Shown piece by piece: positions 27,480-42,840 of a DNA stretch of 64,000 nt. The stretch is from NCBI RefSeq assembly GCF_009914755.1, contig NC_060932.1; one strand, written 5' to 3'. The DNA comes from the human T2T-CHM13v2.0 reference genome, Homo sapiens. The first letter of the stretch is position 1; each line of letters starts with the position of its first letter. A model generated the notes under the pieces. That model saw nothing but the letters and a program-made list of their open reading frames with translations, was not told the DNA's origin and did not search any database. Made by a program: the position numbers and the translations under genes.

Positions 27480-28280
27480 TACTTTGTTGGCTAAGAACAA
27501 TTTTGGTTAGAAGTGGTAGAAAATTCAGCTCTAAGTGGCTAAACAGATAGTAGTTTATTTTTCTCTCATATAAGAAAAAGTTGAACTGTTCATCAAAGCT
27601 GTTAATCAGTGTTTTGATTTCCTTCCTTCTTGGAAAAATGATAGAATAGTACAATTCTATATGATAGATTTATACTTCTTTCTTCCTTAAAGTTAGGTGT
27701 AGCTATAGTTGCTTTGGCCAATGGAATGTGAGCATGTGTGGCATTTCTGGGCAGAAGCCTTGAAGAGTTAGTGTTTCTGCCAAGCTCCCTTCCCTCTGCC
27801 ATGGTGACTGGTGATATATCACATGACAGTCTAAAGAAACACAGCCTTCATTGGCCACTGGGGTTTTGAGGTTGTTGGTTACAGCAGCATATTCAACTGA
27901 TAAATAGCCTTACTAACACAAACCATACAAGACATCAGCTTTATCATATCCTGTTTTATCATCTCTGTTTTTATTTTCATTCCTATCATATCATATTCTC
28001 AAGATGGCTGCGGCAACTCCAGGAATCATTTTAGTGTTCAAAGCAGGAAGAGTTGGTAAAGAGTGGTGATACCAGGCACATTATTCATTTTACCAAGAAT
28101 GCAAAAGATATTCTGGGAAGCTTTTCAGACCTCCCCTTACATCTGCTTGGCCAGGAGAACTGGGTTAAATGGTTGCCACTAGTTACAAGGGAAGTTGTAA
28201 AGTGGGCATAGTTCCATCCCAAAAGAAACTGAGAAGGTGTGGGGATGTGATATTGATCAGGACACTGACAGTGTATGCCG
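27480..28280. mobile_element. MLT1 MaLR fragments (probably a + strand MLT1J nested in a - strand MLT1)
   Basis: ttggccaatggaatgtgagc...gttacagcagcat (27640-27900); caagatggctgcggcaactccagg (28000). Confidence 0.55.
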
Positions 28281-29707
28281 CAAGGGCACAGTTACCATAG
28301 CAAGTGTTCCTTTTTCCAAATGAAGATGGAAACACTCCAGTAGCATCAACTCAAAATCCCCATTTCAAGTCAGCAATCAACTATAGAAAACCACTTTTGG
28401 ATTAATTCTCCCCACCACTGTATCCCAATGCATCAGTTTTATGAGCTAAACCCTATTTCCCAAATTGTTATTGAACAATTATATGGGCAATAGTAAAAAA
28501 AAAAAAAATTTGACTGAGGCAAGATATATCACTTCTGTTACTTCTTCCTATCTACAAATCACCACATTTTGGTAAGCAAGAGAGTTAGTTTGATCTGGTC
28601 ATAATAGTCTTTCATAAAAAATGTTAAAGGGACTTATTTTTTGAAAACATAAGCAATTATGATTTCAGTTATTACCCAAATCATAATCATCTTTTGGAAA
28701 CTTAAAATTGACTCGTAGTTTGTTCAGAAGTCCTAGTATATATTAGAATTGCTGATTTTTAATATCCAGGCTATAATACTTTCACTTTTTTCATATTTTC
28801 CATTTTTGGGAAATTATGTGTACTGCTCTTGTCTTTTTTAAAAAAAACGAAATGTCTTTAAAATGACATGCCCTTTTTTTAGGGAAGTTCCATTTTTAAT
28901 TTGGACTTCTTGATGCTCATTATACAAAATCAATGTAGCTTTTTATATTTTAAAATTCTCTGTTGATGGTATAATGTGTTCAGCATATGTATGGGGGCGG
29001 TGGCTGAGAAGACAGGCATTTAAGCAACAGTTTGTCCTAAACTTGAGGGCTCCCTTTGATTTGGTTTAAAAATACAGTCACTAGTCATTTTTTCAGTTTC
29101 TTGAAGAGCTTAATAATATAGATATGTACTAAGCCTGCTAATGTTTATAGCTCTGTTTTTTCCTCTGAGACTAACTTATAAGGCAAACACTCTCTCTTGA
29201 TTTTGATACATGTAAAGTTGGGCTGAAACTGCTGTTTCCATGTTCTGCTTGACCGTCAACATTATGATTTTGGAAGACGTGTATGGTTCACTCTGTAGTA
29301 GCTTCCCTTTAACAAGGCATTCAACAGAGCCTTCAGTTTCCCTTTCCAGCTTTTCCTTTGGTCTACTGGTTTATCATAAATAATTTGAAGGCATTGGTCA
29401 CTTAGAAAATGTGACCAAAGACTAGACCTACCAAGATCTTTCCAGAAAAAAGCTTATGTGGTTTATGAACAGATCTCAGTCCTATGAATTTGTGAAATTC
29501 TTTGGAAAGCCATGTGATAATTTTACATTTGGAATAAAATGTGTTAATTACATTTTAATTGAGATTAAAAGTAACAGAATATCCTTTAAAAATACTTAAA
29601 GCTTTAAGACTCATTAAGTTGCTTAATGCTATAAACAAGCTTAAGTTTATTAAAATTAAAGATAAGGATTACAGAGTTTGTGAATGCAGGGAGTTCACTT
29701 GCTCAGT

Positions 29708-30788
29708 GTGCAGTAAAAAATTAACCTTGCCCAGAGAATCATTTGGCCTTTAACTAGCTTCTGGGAGATAACCTTTAAGCCCTTGGAATGTCCTGCTTGA
29801 TAAAAGTGTCTGTTTACCAGGGGGTCTTGGGCCATTCCAGATACTCGATGACTTATGGTGGAGAACTTGGGCCATGCAGTATTAACTTGATACTTGAGGA
29901 GCTGGGGATAGGTCAGCCAGGCAGGTGGTTAGCGATGTTTATGTGGCCAAGCCATAATAAACCTCTGAACACCAAGATTTGGGTGAGTTTCCCTGTTTGG
30001 CAATACTCCATGCGTGCTGTCACACAGTACTGTTAAGAAAAACCATTGCTATCCGCATTGTAACCATAATAAGTCCATTTATCAATACTCAGCAAGTCAG
30101 TACACTGAGACACAGGGTTGCATCAGATAAAGTGGTTTAATTGTAGGACTGCTGAATGAGAGGATGGGAGGAAATCTCAAATCCATCTCCCTGTAGAGTT
30201 TGGGACTAGACATTTTAAGGGTTTTGGAGTGGGCTGACATGTGAAGAGTACAGGGTGAAGTGATAGGTCAGAGAACAGAATTAACTGTATTCCTATGTTG
30301 ATTCTGTTCCTCTGTGGGGGTCCTCAAACTGGTTGGCCTCAGCTGTTTTGTTGGAATTCAGGATCTGAAAAACATCTTAAGCAATTCTTAAACAAAAGCC
30401 TTATGATTCTAACATCAGAAATCCTATCGATTGGAACAGTAGGGATGCGAATGTTATCTAGTGACTTTTGGTTACAAGGAAGTGGGTCAAAGTGCAGCCC
30501 GATTAATGCTTAATTTTACCTATACTTCTGTCCAGAATTCTTGTTAGCGTTGTGAGGACAAGTTCAGCATGACTTTACCAGGAAAGGACAAGTGGAAGCA
30601 CCATCAAGCACCACACTTGGTCTCTCATGGACCCTGCTCTTGGCAACTCTTCCCTTTGTTGATTTTAACCTGTATCTTCACTGTAATAAACTGTTGGTGA
30701 ATATAATGGCTTTCTGAGTTCTGTAATTCCTCCTAGTCAATTCCTCCTAGTCAAATCCAGGGTAATCTTGGAGACCTTCTGAATTACA
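29708..30788 (+). mobile_element. MER77/MER68-like ERVL LTR, split by an ERV1 LTR
   Basis: gcagtaaaaaattaaccttgccc...aagcccttggaatgtcctgc; AATAAA at ~30685. Confidence 0.65.
30059..30566 (-). mobile_element. ERV1 solo LTR (LTR26/LTR8-group-like)
   Basis: TG...CA termini with perfect 4-bp TSD GCAT (30055-30058, 30567-30570). Confidence 0.7.
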
Positions 30789-31074
30789 TTTAGATTGTCA
30801 TCCTTTGGCTACTGGAAATTTGCTTTAAGTCTAAAAATAGTTGCAAAGAATCCCCACCACTTTCTTCCGCAGGCTCAGTCCACCACAAAGTCTCCTTCTT
30901 TGGTGGACTCAGAAATGCTGCAATTAGATGTGTTGGATGGTAGTTACACCTGCTTCACTGCACTCCCATGAGGGGAGGTGATGGATGGTTTCTGATGCAG
31001 GTAGTTCTTTGCTTTATTACTAGTGAACATGACTCTCACAAATTCTGTCCTTCACTGATGCTGTGGTCAGCCTA

Positions 31075-31431
<357 letters not shown>

Positions 31432-33142
31432 TCATCCAGACATCCAGTTTCTTTCTTCCTCCTAACCTAACATCTCATTGCCTCAGCTTCTGTTTTCCTG
31501 AACTTAGGCTATATTCTCAAATTACTGTCAACTAAACCCTGCTAGTGTAAGCTAAACATGGCTTAGAACACTCCTTTTTGGAGCATTTTATTTATGATTA
31601 GTAATACTGAACACTGGCTTTCTGAAGGAGAGGAAGTATTTGGGGGACAAAAAATTTTTCACTGCCTATTTTCAATGGCCACATTGGGCATGGGGAGATC
31701 AGAAAAGTGTCTTTTCTGATGTGACCCAGTATTACTCCTGAAAAGAGAAGTTGAATTGATTTGGGAATAACTTCACTTCACTTAGCCATTTGCAATGATC
31801 TCTTTCAGGCTTATTGGTATTTATTTACACATTCTTGTGCCAGTAATATCTCCCTCTTCACCCAGATGAGAGGTCTGAAGCACTTTATACCATGTTCTTG
31901 AGCAGAAATTCTAGAACCTCTGGGACTCTCACCAGGAAACTCCTTGCTAAGCTTCTTGCACCACCTACTGTTAGGGTCTTTGCTTTCCCCCAGGTTTTTA
32001 CCTCTTTATCCAGCCCTCTGGAATTAACCTTTCTTTTGATTCCTTCTTTAGTTGTAGACTCAACCTGAATTCCCCATGGCTTCTGTCTTGACTCCATGTA
32101 CATCTCTGTAGCTCTCATTACGCTTGTCTCATCACATATCTTCCCCTGTAGGGTGAAAGAACTGTGTCACCTATGTTCCCACTTGTGTTCCCAGTACCTA
32201 ACACAGTTCCAAAAAAACAGTAGTTGCTCAATAATCATTTGTTGGATTGATGAATGAATGAGAGCTAGGCATATTTCCACTTTCATATCTGAACTGCCTC
32301 CAGGAATGTCAGTTTAAGTCAGAGACTTGGTACCTTTAGTTTCCTGACTTGAGCTTTTTGAGAATTTAGCGGTTATAATTTAAAAGGTCTTTTTTGTAGC
32401 TTGATGAATAAGAGCATCAATGAAATTTTTTTCCAAACAAAAAGGCAGCAAACTATCAACAAATCCTGCAGAATATTTATTTAAAATAAATACTTAGGAA
32501 GATCAGAGATAAAATAATTGCTATCTACAATACAAAATAAAAATCAGGCCACTGGAGGGGGGCTGGGAAACAGAGAGACTTCTTACAAATTGTCATTCTT
32601 CAATTAAAGATTGCTTTCTATTTTGGTAGCATCTCTGCTGAGAGCATTCCCACAGTTTTTAATAGCTCAGTCTCAGCTGTCAGGAACATTTGTGTTAATT
32701 TTTCCTGTTCAGTACACATAAGAATTTCTGTGCCTGTTGTTTGCAGATACCAAAGTCTGCTTCCTAATAATGTGACTGAATATGTCCATCAAATATAGCT
32801 GTAAAAATTCCCTTCTGTTTCTTGAAAACCCTGGGATGTTATAAGATTTTTCTGCTTGGATATCAAATCATATTAAAAATTAAATGTAACAGTGGAACTA
32901 TTTAGAGATATTTCTTTTGCTGTATTAGTATGCTCTGGTGAAAATGAAGAAAGGATACCATATGATTACATTTTTTGACCTTATTGTTATTATTATCAAG
33001 AGGGTGATTTGCACATCATTTTGAAAACATTAACTATACATGGAAAACAGGTACATTAAGAATTAGACAAACATTACTCCTGCATTTTTAGTGGATTCAA
33101 ATGCTTCCTGTTCTCAAAAATCATTTGAATCTTCTCCATATT

Positions 33143-33770
33143 GAGTATATTCATTTGCTATAACTGCTATTAAACATTGCTGCTACAATTGACAGTTTCA
33201 TACAATTCCCATTTGTCATTTCACAGCTCTGTAGCTCAGAAGTCCAGGTGCAGTGTAGCTCAGCTGTTTCTCTGATCTGGGTTTCAAGGACAAATTCAAG
33301 GTGTTGGCAAGGTGCATTCTTTTCTGGAGGCCCTACGGATGAATCTCCTTTCAAGTTCTCTTGGATTATTGGTAGTGTAATTCCATGGAGTTACAGGACT
33401 GAGGTCTCAATGTACTTATTGGCTGTTGGCTGGGGATTCTCAGCTTCCAGAGGCTGCCTGCATTCCCTGGTTTGTGGCCTCCTTCCTCCATCTTTAACAC
33501 CAGCAATGGAAATTTGAGTCTTTTTATGCTTCTACCTCCCCTTCTTCATTATCTTTATTCTGCTTTCCTCTTCTGTGGCATCTCTCTCCTGATTCTTGCT
33601 GGAAATTTTCCTCAGCTTTAAAGGGCTCAATTGATGATATAGGGCACACCGGGGTAATCCAGGAAAATTTCCTTATCTTAAGGTCTATAACCTTAATTAT
33701 ACCTGCAAAGTATGCCATAGTAATTGGTTAATGTTTAATTAGCTAAGTGTTAGGAATCTTGGAGGAACAG
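33143..33770 (-). mobile_element. MLT1 (D/E-like) MaLR LTR
   Basis: tcacagctctgtagctcagaagtcc...gggcacaccggggtaatccagg...ccttaattatacctgcaaagt. Confidence 0.75.
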
Positions 33771-34632
33771 GGGTGGCAAGTAGAGCCCAATGTGCATGGA
33801 CAGTAGATGTTAATGTCACCACTGACCCCATGTGTGATAGTGTGTGAGTTAAATAACTGCAGTAACCCCTGTGCACTGAGGTCATGCTAGATTGTAGGCA
33901 CTTTATACAGTGAGGACCTAATCCTTAAAACAACCCTGACATTTTGTGGATTATCATTTTATTGGTGAGAAATAGAGATATAAAGTCACTAAGTAACTTT
34001 CCCACAATTACAGTTTTCAAGTTGTAGAGCAACAATTTGAGTCCAGATTTGATTGACTTAATCTGCTTGTCTTGTGGATTTAAAAAACAGGTGTATGCAG
34101 AGCACCCAGAAGAATGGTTACATATATTTTATAACAGTTGAGTGGCAACTGGTGGGCTATTTTTTTTTACAATTTTCATTTATTTTATTCTCATTATCTA
34201 CTCTCCAGCCCTCCTTAGCCCTTATTTTCTCACTATTGGCCATTACTGCAAAATAAAAGAAAGTGCTATACTGATCAGCAAGAAGGAAAAAAAAATTCTG
34301 GGTATTAAGAACTTACTGTATGCCAAGTATAGTACTAGATATTTTTCATTGTTTTCTCATTTATGTGCATCACATTTGAGGATGTCTATAAAATAATGAA
34401 TGTGATAATGTTTTAAGAAGCTGGAGTGGTGTGTGAAGAAGGAAATATTTATTCAGTGCCCTCCAAGTACTGTGCAAACAAATGAATGATTCTATCACTT
34501 AATCCTCCTAATATTCATAAAAATTAATTTTTACTACTTCAATTTTAGAGATGGAAAAAACAGATGAGATACTGAGAGAGGAAGCCACTTGATCAAGGGT
34601 GCAGCAATAAACTAATAAGGAAATTTGACTGA

Positions 34633-35024
<392 letters not shown>

Positions 35025-35871
35025 AAAAGTAGGCATTTAGAACTCAAATGACCAATACTGCTATTGTTAAATATTGTTTTAAAGTTTTTTTAAAAACTAC
35101 CTTCTTAAACTGTATTAAATTAACGAATTGATTCAACAGCCTTTTATTACATACATGCCTTCTATATGCCAGGTTCTGTAGAAGGGCTGCAATAATGAAT
35201 GAAGCATCTCTGTCAGAAAGCTGACTATTTTAGGGAGAGAAATGTAAACAAGTAATTAATATGTCTGAAAAATCCGTGAGAGAAAAATAAGAGACCTGTG
35301 CCTAAAATGGGAAAGACTTCACAGGATAACATGGAATTTGTGTTGAGTTTTAAAGATGACTGGAAAATTCAGGAGTAGATGGAAGGAGTCTGCTAGGTAA
35401 CAGGAAATGAATATACAAAGACATAAAGGCAAGAAAGTACACACTTTTGTATATAATTTGTTTGCAAGTATGTATGTGTATGAACTCACTGAAGTGTAAA
35501 CATGGACGGATTTTGTTTTTCCAATAAATATTCCCAACTCTGCTCTGTCAAATATCCTTCCTGCTGAGTAGCTGGTATTGTTAATATCTCTGATCCCATT
35601 CCTCAACTTTTCAGTCTTTTTAGTTATTCAGAAGTCAGTCCCGATAACATCTCAACTCATAAGTTATTCAAAAGTAGGCTCCAAAAACATTTCAACTTAT
35701 AATTGATTCATAGTTTCCTCTTTCACTGCCCTTCCAGGGTAGTAAATAGTAATGGCAGATGTCACTTCCCTTCTTTCTTTCTAGTTATCCCTACAGCTTA
35801 CCCTTGTTCCTCTAAGAAATCTTTGGGTTTTGAATAACTTTATTTTCTGCTCTATTCTTTTGGTTATGTTC

Positions 35872-35939
35872 TTTTTTTTTTTTTTTTTTTGAGAGAGAGT
35901 TTCACTCTTGTTGCCCAGGCTGGAGTGCAATGGTGCAAT
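35872..35939 (-). mobile_element. Severely 5'-truncated AluS (Sq/Sp-type 3' end)
   Basis: T19 followed by gagagagagtttcactcttgttgcccaggctggagtgcaatggtgcaat, then an abrupt end. Confidence 0.9.
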
Positions 35940-35948
35940 AATTAGCAC

Positions 35949-36090
35949 TAATGAAGGTGATATTATAGAAAGGTGGAGCTGTGTGTGGAGAAGGAAACCA
36001 TATTTATTCAATGCCCTCCAAGTACTGGGCAAACAAGTTAATGATTCTGTCATTTAATCCTTATATTCATTAAAAATAATTTTTATTACT
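35949..36090 (+). repeat. Diverged direct copy of 34394-34538
   Basis: Collinear shared blocks taatgaa, agaaggaaa, atatttattca, tgccctccaagtactg, gcaaacaa, aatgattct, ttaatcct, atattcat. Confidence 0.85.
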
Positions 36091-37389
36091 CTGCTCCCTT
36101 TTCCTTCCCTCTCGTGACTAGCATTGTTCAATGTTCCAGGCAGTGGTGATGGCTCAAAACCTGAGCAGCTGGTTTGTGGTTATCACATCAGGCTTTTAAA
36201 ATTTTAAAATATACTTTTTATAAATATACTTTTTAAGATACATATTACATAAGAAAAATCAGAAAGAATAAACATTTGTCAGATTACTTAAAAATTAAAA
36301 AATGGGATATAAAAAGTAAAATATGTAAAGAAAAAATGAGTATAATTTCAGCTTTGGAAGGATACTTAGGTCATTAGATTAATGTCTAATCCATTAATTT
36401 TACAGATGAGTAAATTACAGACTGTGGGGATTAAATGATTTCTTCAAACTAGCCAAATCAGTACTCTTTTCCTTTCTTCTTCTTTTTTTTTTCACAAAGC
36501 CTGGACTTTTATCAATTAGTAGTTAATGTGATTCTAAACGTTTTAATTTTATTAAATTAACACATATGCCTCATTTAACCTGAGTCTCTTCCTTCCAACT
36601 GAGGCATTCCTGGATGTTCTCCTCTGATAATGGCAGCAGTAGTCTATGCAACCTGTGGGTTTTTTCCTGGACATTCCTTTCCTTGTCTATCAATTTGCCT
36701 TCTTATTCAAGGATCAAAACTCTGGATTTTTCTTTTCTGTTTAACACGTTTTCACTTACAAACTTCTAAGAATTTGAAAACTGTAAGCTATACTAACTGA
36801 TTAGCAAGAATAATTGTGACTGGCTTCTGCTCAGCTCAGAAAAATGTCTCACATATTTGCTATGTACCTTATTCTATAAGCCTTTGTGTCTTTGTTTTTT
36901 CATTAGAAAAATTAAGCTTGTAGACATCTGTTATTCTACATCATGAGTGTGACTCTTAGTATGTAAACCTTTAAACTAAAATTTTAATTAACTTTCATAT
37001 TATTAGAGTTTGTATTATTACTTAAGAACAGGCTTGAATTAGATAACTAATTCCCAATACTAACTCCACTATGTGTCAACGATACGATCTTTGGAAAGCT
37101 ACTTTATTCTCTAAAATGGGACTAACATATCTATCTCATAAAATTTGAAGACCAAAAGATTATTAGACTATTGGTAAGTGTTAATTCTCTTTTCATCTCT
37201 CAACGTCCTTTTTTTTTAAAGGATAAATAATTTGATGACTCTTAGTTTACTGAGTATAATATGAGTTAGGTTAGGGTTAGAGTAACTTTTTTGTCCACAT
37301 CTTGGCAGTGAAGTTTATTTCAATAAAGTAATTTAATTGAACTTTGCTTAGTTTTATAGTTTTATAACTTTTGACAGATAGTTGCCTTT

Positions 37390-37746
<357 letters not shown>

Positions 37747-39005
37747 TAATTCATATTCCTGCTTCTCTGATAAAATAATGCAGCATTACTAATCATATTT
37801 TTAGATGTGTTTGTGTTAATTTCAGCACTTTATTTTTTATCTGTTTTATTGGGATGTTTGTCTTGAAAATCATTTGGTTTTTCCTTATATGTCTTTATAT
37901 CTGGTAATGCTAACATTATTCAGTATCTTTCTTTTTCAGTTTTTAAAATAGCTGCTTTTGCTTGATTAATTTGTATATAAGAAATCATAATCTTCTTATA
38001 TGGCTCCAGTAACATTCTTCTGTTATTTTTATTGGAATTTAGTTTAATGTGTAGCTTATTTTAAGGAAAATTAGCATCTTTATAATATTAAATATTTTTA
38101 ACCTATAAAATGGCATGCTTTTCTATCTGTTCAAAGCTTCTTTTATATTTTTCAGTGACTTGGATTTTTTTTTGTATAAATTTTGGAAATTTTTGGCCAA
38201 CTTTATTGTAGGAATTTAATATTTTGAGTTGTCATTATAAATTGTGTCTTTGCTCCCATAACGTCCTCTTACTGGTTGCATTATTAGTTCGTATTTACGG
38301 AAGCTTAAGAAAGATCTTGAGCCCAACACCTTATGATCTATGGAAAAACATTATTTACTAAAGAAAAATGATAGACAATCTCAAAACAAAACAGATGTCA
38401 AACAATCATCCTTTACTATGTACCCAAAATTGTCTTTCTTTTTCAAGAAACTGGAATAAATTCCCCGTAAAAAACTTACTCTATACTCCCTTGTTCTAAC
38501 CACATTTGCTCTAAGGCATATTCCTCAGGTGATGCAAATGATAGGTTTCTGACATGCTTCATCACCTACTTTCAAGCTAACATGAACATGTGTTTTCTAG
38601 TCTAATTTTTCAAAGACACTAGAGTCAGAAGAAAAAAAATTACTGCATGACTAATTTGCACTTAGGATAGAATGTTTATTTTATGCTGCTCAAAGAAAAT
38701 TTACCTCTTAAATATTCTGTTCTCATCCACAAAATTATTAGATATTAAAAATCGATCTTAAAGAATAACACAAGGCCAATAAAGTCAAATAGTTTAGATC
38801 TTGATCAAGTTTTATTTGATAGATTATTTTTCTGAGCTAAGTTACTAAAAGAAGTCTCGTATATGGGGCTGCGTGTTGCTGAAAGGGCCTGGGTAAAGCC
38901 TTTGAGAAGCTCTATCAAGTCAAAAAAGAGAGAAGTAACCAGCAAAACATTGGACACATGCTCATTTTTGACTTTTATATGAGCGTGTTTGAAAATCATG
39001 TATGA

Positions 39006-39314
39006 GGCTGGGAGCTGTGGCTCACACCTGTAATCCTAGCACTTTGGGAGGCCGAGGAGGGCAGATCATGAGGTCAGGAGTTCGAGACCAGCCTGACCAA
39101 CTTGGTGAAACCCTGTCTCTACTAAAAATACAAAAATTAGCCAGGCATGGTGGCACACACCTGTAATCCCAACTACTCAGGAGGCTGAGGCAGGAGAATC
39201 GCTTGAACCCGGGAGGCGGAGGGTTGCAGTGAGCCGAAATCATGCCACTGCACTCCAGCCTGGGAGACAGAACCAGACTCTGTCTCAAAAAAAGAAAGAA
39301 AGAAGAAAAAAAAA
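39006..39314 (+). mobile_element. AluSg-like
   Basis: gatcatgaggtcaggagttcgag; TSD gaaaatcatgtatga / gaaaagcatgtatga. Confidence 0.93.
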
Positions 39315-41157
39315 GAAAAGCATGTATGAGCATGATAAGATGACTTTTAATATACATATGGAGCCCCATGGTCTAAAATAGACGTGGATATGGGTACATA
39401 CAGAACAAATGACCACAAAGGCCCGAGTTGCAAAGTAAACAATATCAGCGTTTTGCCAAATATGAAATTCCTACCCAACATAGACTACTAAAACAAAGTT
39501 TCTTATTTTTCTTCTATTTTGTTTTTAGGAATTTATGGAATGAGATAAGTGAAGTAAGGAAGATATTACAAAGAATATAATTGTAAAATACAAACATCAC
39601 TTATTGAGAATTTGCTGTTTCATGGAAGTTTCATTATGAGTTACCTATTAAGTCTTTATCAATTCGAATACATTTGTGAATTATAGAAAATTGTTATATA
39701 GCAGATTAAATCAGGATAATAGCTATTACAGTTTGTGCAAAAATCAGATCCAAAATACAGCTACTTTTATGTATATTATGCTAAGCATTCTATGAGCTAT
39801 TATGGACCAGTTAAAGCGCTTAATCTGTATCTCAGATGATGGAGGGAGAGCCTCAGAATGATTAATTGATGTAAACTGAGGCATAGAAGCGAGACAAAGA
39901 GCTCAAATTATAACATTTTGATTCTTGTTTTAGTTTAACAAGTAGTGATTTTTTTCAACTCCTTTATTAAATAGTTTTATTCTTTTGTCACATTCATTCT
40001 CTGTATAAATGTTAATATAACTGTTAGCACTTAAAATATGATACTGGTTATTATTTGACTGACATACAATATCAGTATCATTATCTTAAAGGGAAATATG
40101 CATCTGGACATTTTAATTAAATATAAAATAATTTAATCATACTAAATGTTTCACAATGTAGAGCAGCTGCCTTTGGAACTAAAGAAATTATAAGTGACAT
40201 TTCTCCTTTTGCACCTCTCATTATACATGAAATCTATTATTACTTCCAGATGTGTTATTAGATAAGTAATTTGAGGCTAAAAATTTTTTAGCAGTATTCT
40301 TATTTCAAATGTGAAGTGTTAAAATTAACTTGGCATCTGTATATTGGCCATAATATTTTCTATAAAGGCTTTATTTTTACTCATTGTAGAAAAATTCTAA
40401 TCAAATTTATCTGTAAGACTATGGACAGTGACTGATAGCCATGTCAATAATAATAGAACTGAAAATTTCAACATGGTTTTGCATTATATTATTCTGTACA
40501 AAAACAAAATAAGATTTCTTATTTAAAATTCTCTGTAGATAAGAAACTAACATTTTGCCAATTTGCTGAAGATATGTTTCCTTTCTAGAAGGGTGCACTA
40601 AGAGTGTATCAACTAGTTGATTCAGTAATGTTTGGATGAGGTCCACTTGAGTTACTGATGTTTGAAGTAAAATTTCAAATTAATTAAGTGGTGATAAAGT
40701 TAGGATAAGCAAAATTTGAAATTCACAATCAGAATAGAAATAATATCATCCCTCCACACTATGGACGAGATGGGTATACAATTTTCTTTTCCCTTTTGTC
40801 TGCAGGACAAGTAGATTTTTTTTTTCTTAATGTGGACACACCAAGGGAATTTGATGATATTTACATAAAATCTGAGCAGCTAGTTGAACTATAAAAAGCC
40901 AAGTACTGGTGTTATAACTATACAGTGGCAATTAACAAGACAGATATTCTTCACCACAGAACTAATATTAAAACAAAATCCTTTCAATAGATCAAATAGG
41001 CTATGTTTTGGAAATATGACACCTCTGAAAGGTCATTAATTCATGGAATTGAGATTTACTTTGGCATTGTGTGGTTGAATATCTATAAGGGGCTATAATT
41101 AAAAATGAAAAAACAATCACCCTCATAGTTCAAATACGCTTTTATCCCTGTACTTCC

Positions 41158-41351
41158 TTTTTTTTCTTTTCTTTTTTTTATTATACTTTAAGTTTTAGGG
41201 TACATGTGCACATTGTGCAGGTTAGTTACATATGTATACATGTGCCATGCTGGTGCGCTGCACCCACTAACTCGTCATCTAGCATTAGATATATCTCCCA
41301 GTGCTATCCCTCCCCACTCCCCCCACCCCACAACAGTCCTCAGAGTGTGAT
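41158..41351 (-). mobile_element. 5'-truncated young L1 (L1PA2-like) 3'UTR fragment
   Basis: ggtgcgctgcacccactaactcgtcatctagc (L1PA2 diagnostics, GAG); T-tail; imperfect TSD tacttcct/tactcct. Confidence 0.88.
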
Positions 41352-42837
41352 ACTCCTAAACATAGCCGTAATCTGTGTATAAAGATGAGGGAGAGAAAAA
41401 TGAAGAGGACATTAAGAATGAATTAGTGGCTAAATGGGTGCATGAGGAATGCTCAGGATCTCCATGTGCAGTTAAGAAATAGTTAAGTGGAAAAATAAAA
41501 AAGGGAGAGGTGAGAATGTATTTAAGAGGAGGGCGTATTATTTAAATATTTATATAGGCTAGTAGGAAAAAGCTTTATTCAAAAGCAAGCCAAAATTGTG
41601 GTAAACAACAACAGCAACAATACCAACTAAACAATCATGTTAATTAAATCAGAATTTTATAGATTTGACCTCTTGAATGTTTCTCGAGCTTTTGCCTTCT
41701 GCCTTATCCTCACTCCACTAGCCTGGTCTTTTATAAACCTTTCCATTTCTCTTCTTGAAGCCAGATTTTTCCCTTGCTGATCCAATTTCCACACTCATAC
41801 CAGAGCTGGCAATCTAAAATACAAACCTGACTCATTTCACCTGCTACTTCAGAGCCTTCTATGGTTCCCTGTGGTCCTATAACAGAAATTGAGACATTTA
41901 CCACTGAACCCCTGAATTCTTTTCTGTTTTATCTTTAAACTTCCCATTATGTCTCCTCTGTTGCAGGCACACCACACCAATTGACATGACCTTTTAATTT
42001 ACTGGTCACATACTTAAAGTGCTTTCCTCTTCTTTTGCTGCCTTTGGAAGTTTTACCAATCCTTTGAGACCTTGCTCACTATTCTCCATATTCTCTAAGC
42101 AGAGCCAGTAACCTTCTCTTCAATGTTGTTATGACATTCTGTTAATGCCCCTGCTGCTCCTTAATTATATTATATTGCAATTATTTATTTATGTGTCTCT
42201 TTGACCTACAAGATGATGACTCAAATGCAGAGGAATATCTTAGCCCTTCCTCCACCTCTGCAATGGCTACCCCTCCGCTGTCAGATGATAAAGATCCAGC
42301 AGCTCCAAACTTAAAAGAGAGATTTGAATGTATCCAACATTCAAATGTTGTGCTTCAGAAATGATACTCAGGGGATCAAGATGAAACCTGTAGGAGCTAA
42401 CCAAACCAAAGGATAGGAAGAGTTTAAAGTTAATTGATAAGCATCATTAGAACCATTTAGGTTAGGTGGAACCAAACAAATTGATCTATGATAAATTTTT
42501 TGGCGTTTCTAAAAAACTTTCTTACATTGCCAACTTTTTTTCTTCACTTTTTATTTCTTACTGAGAATATTCAGACTGCTTAAAAAATTACTGCATTCAA
42601 AATGAATAAAATAGCAGTTTTTTACATTCATATCTCAAAATAACTTCACAGATGGTCTTCAAACTTTCCAAGAAAATAAACTTTGGAAAGAAATCAAACA
42701 CGAGGTTTTTCAACCTAAAAATACACCCCTTAACTCCAGCAAAGTTATAGATATGAGGTAACTAGATATAATTTCACTTTGATTAATTAGCACTTTCATT
42801 GTTACCAATATTGTCATTTCCTGGAGAAAGATATTGA

Positions 42838-42840
<3 letters not shown>

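Noticed and set aside
37265-37282. Telomere-like ttaggttagggttagag
   Set aside because: Only one perfect TTAGGG; expected by chance.
40419-40646. 75-aa minus-strand ORF with helical-looking sequence
   Set aside because: No recognisable homology, non-ATG start and no convincing splice sites.
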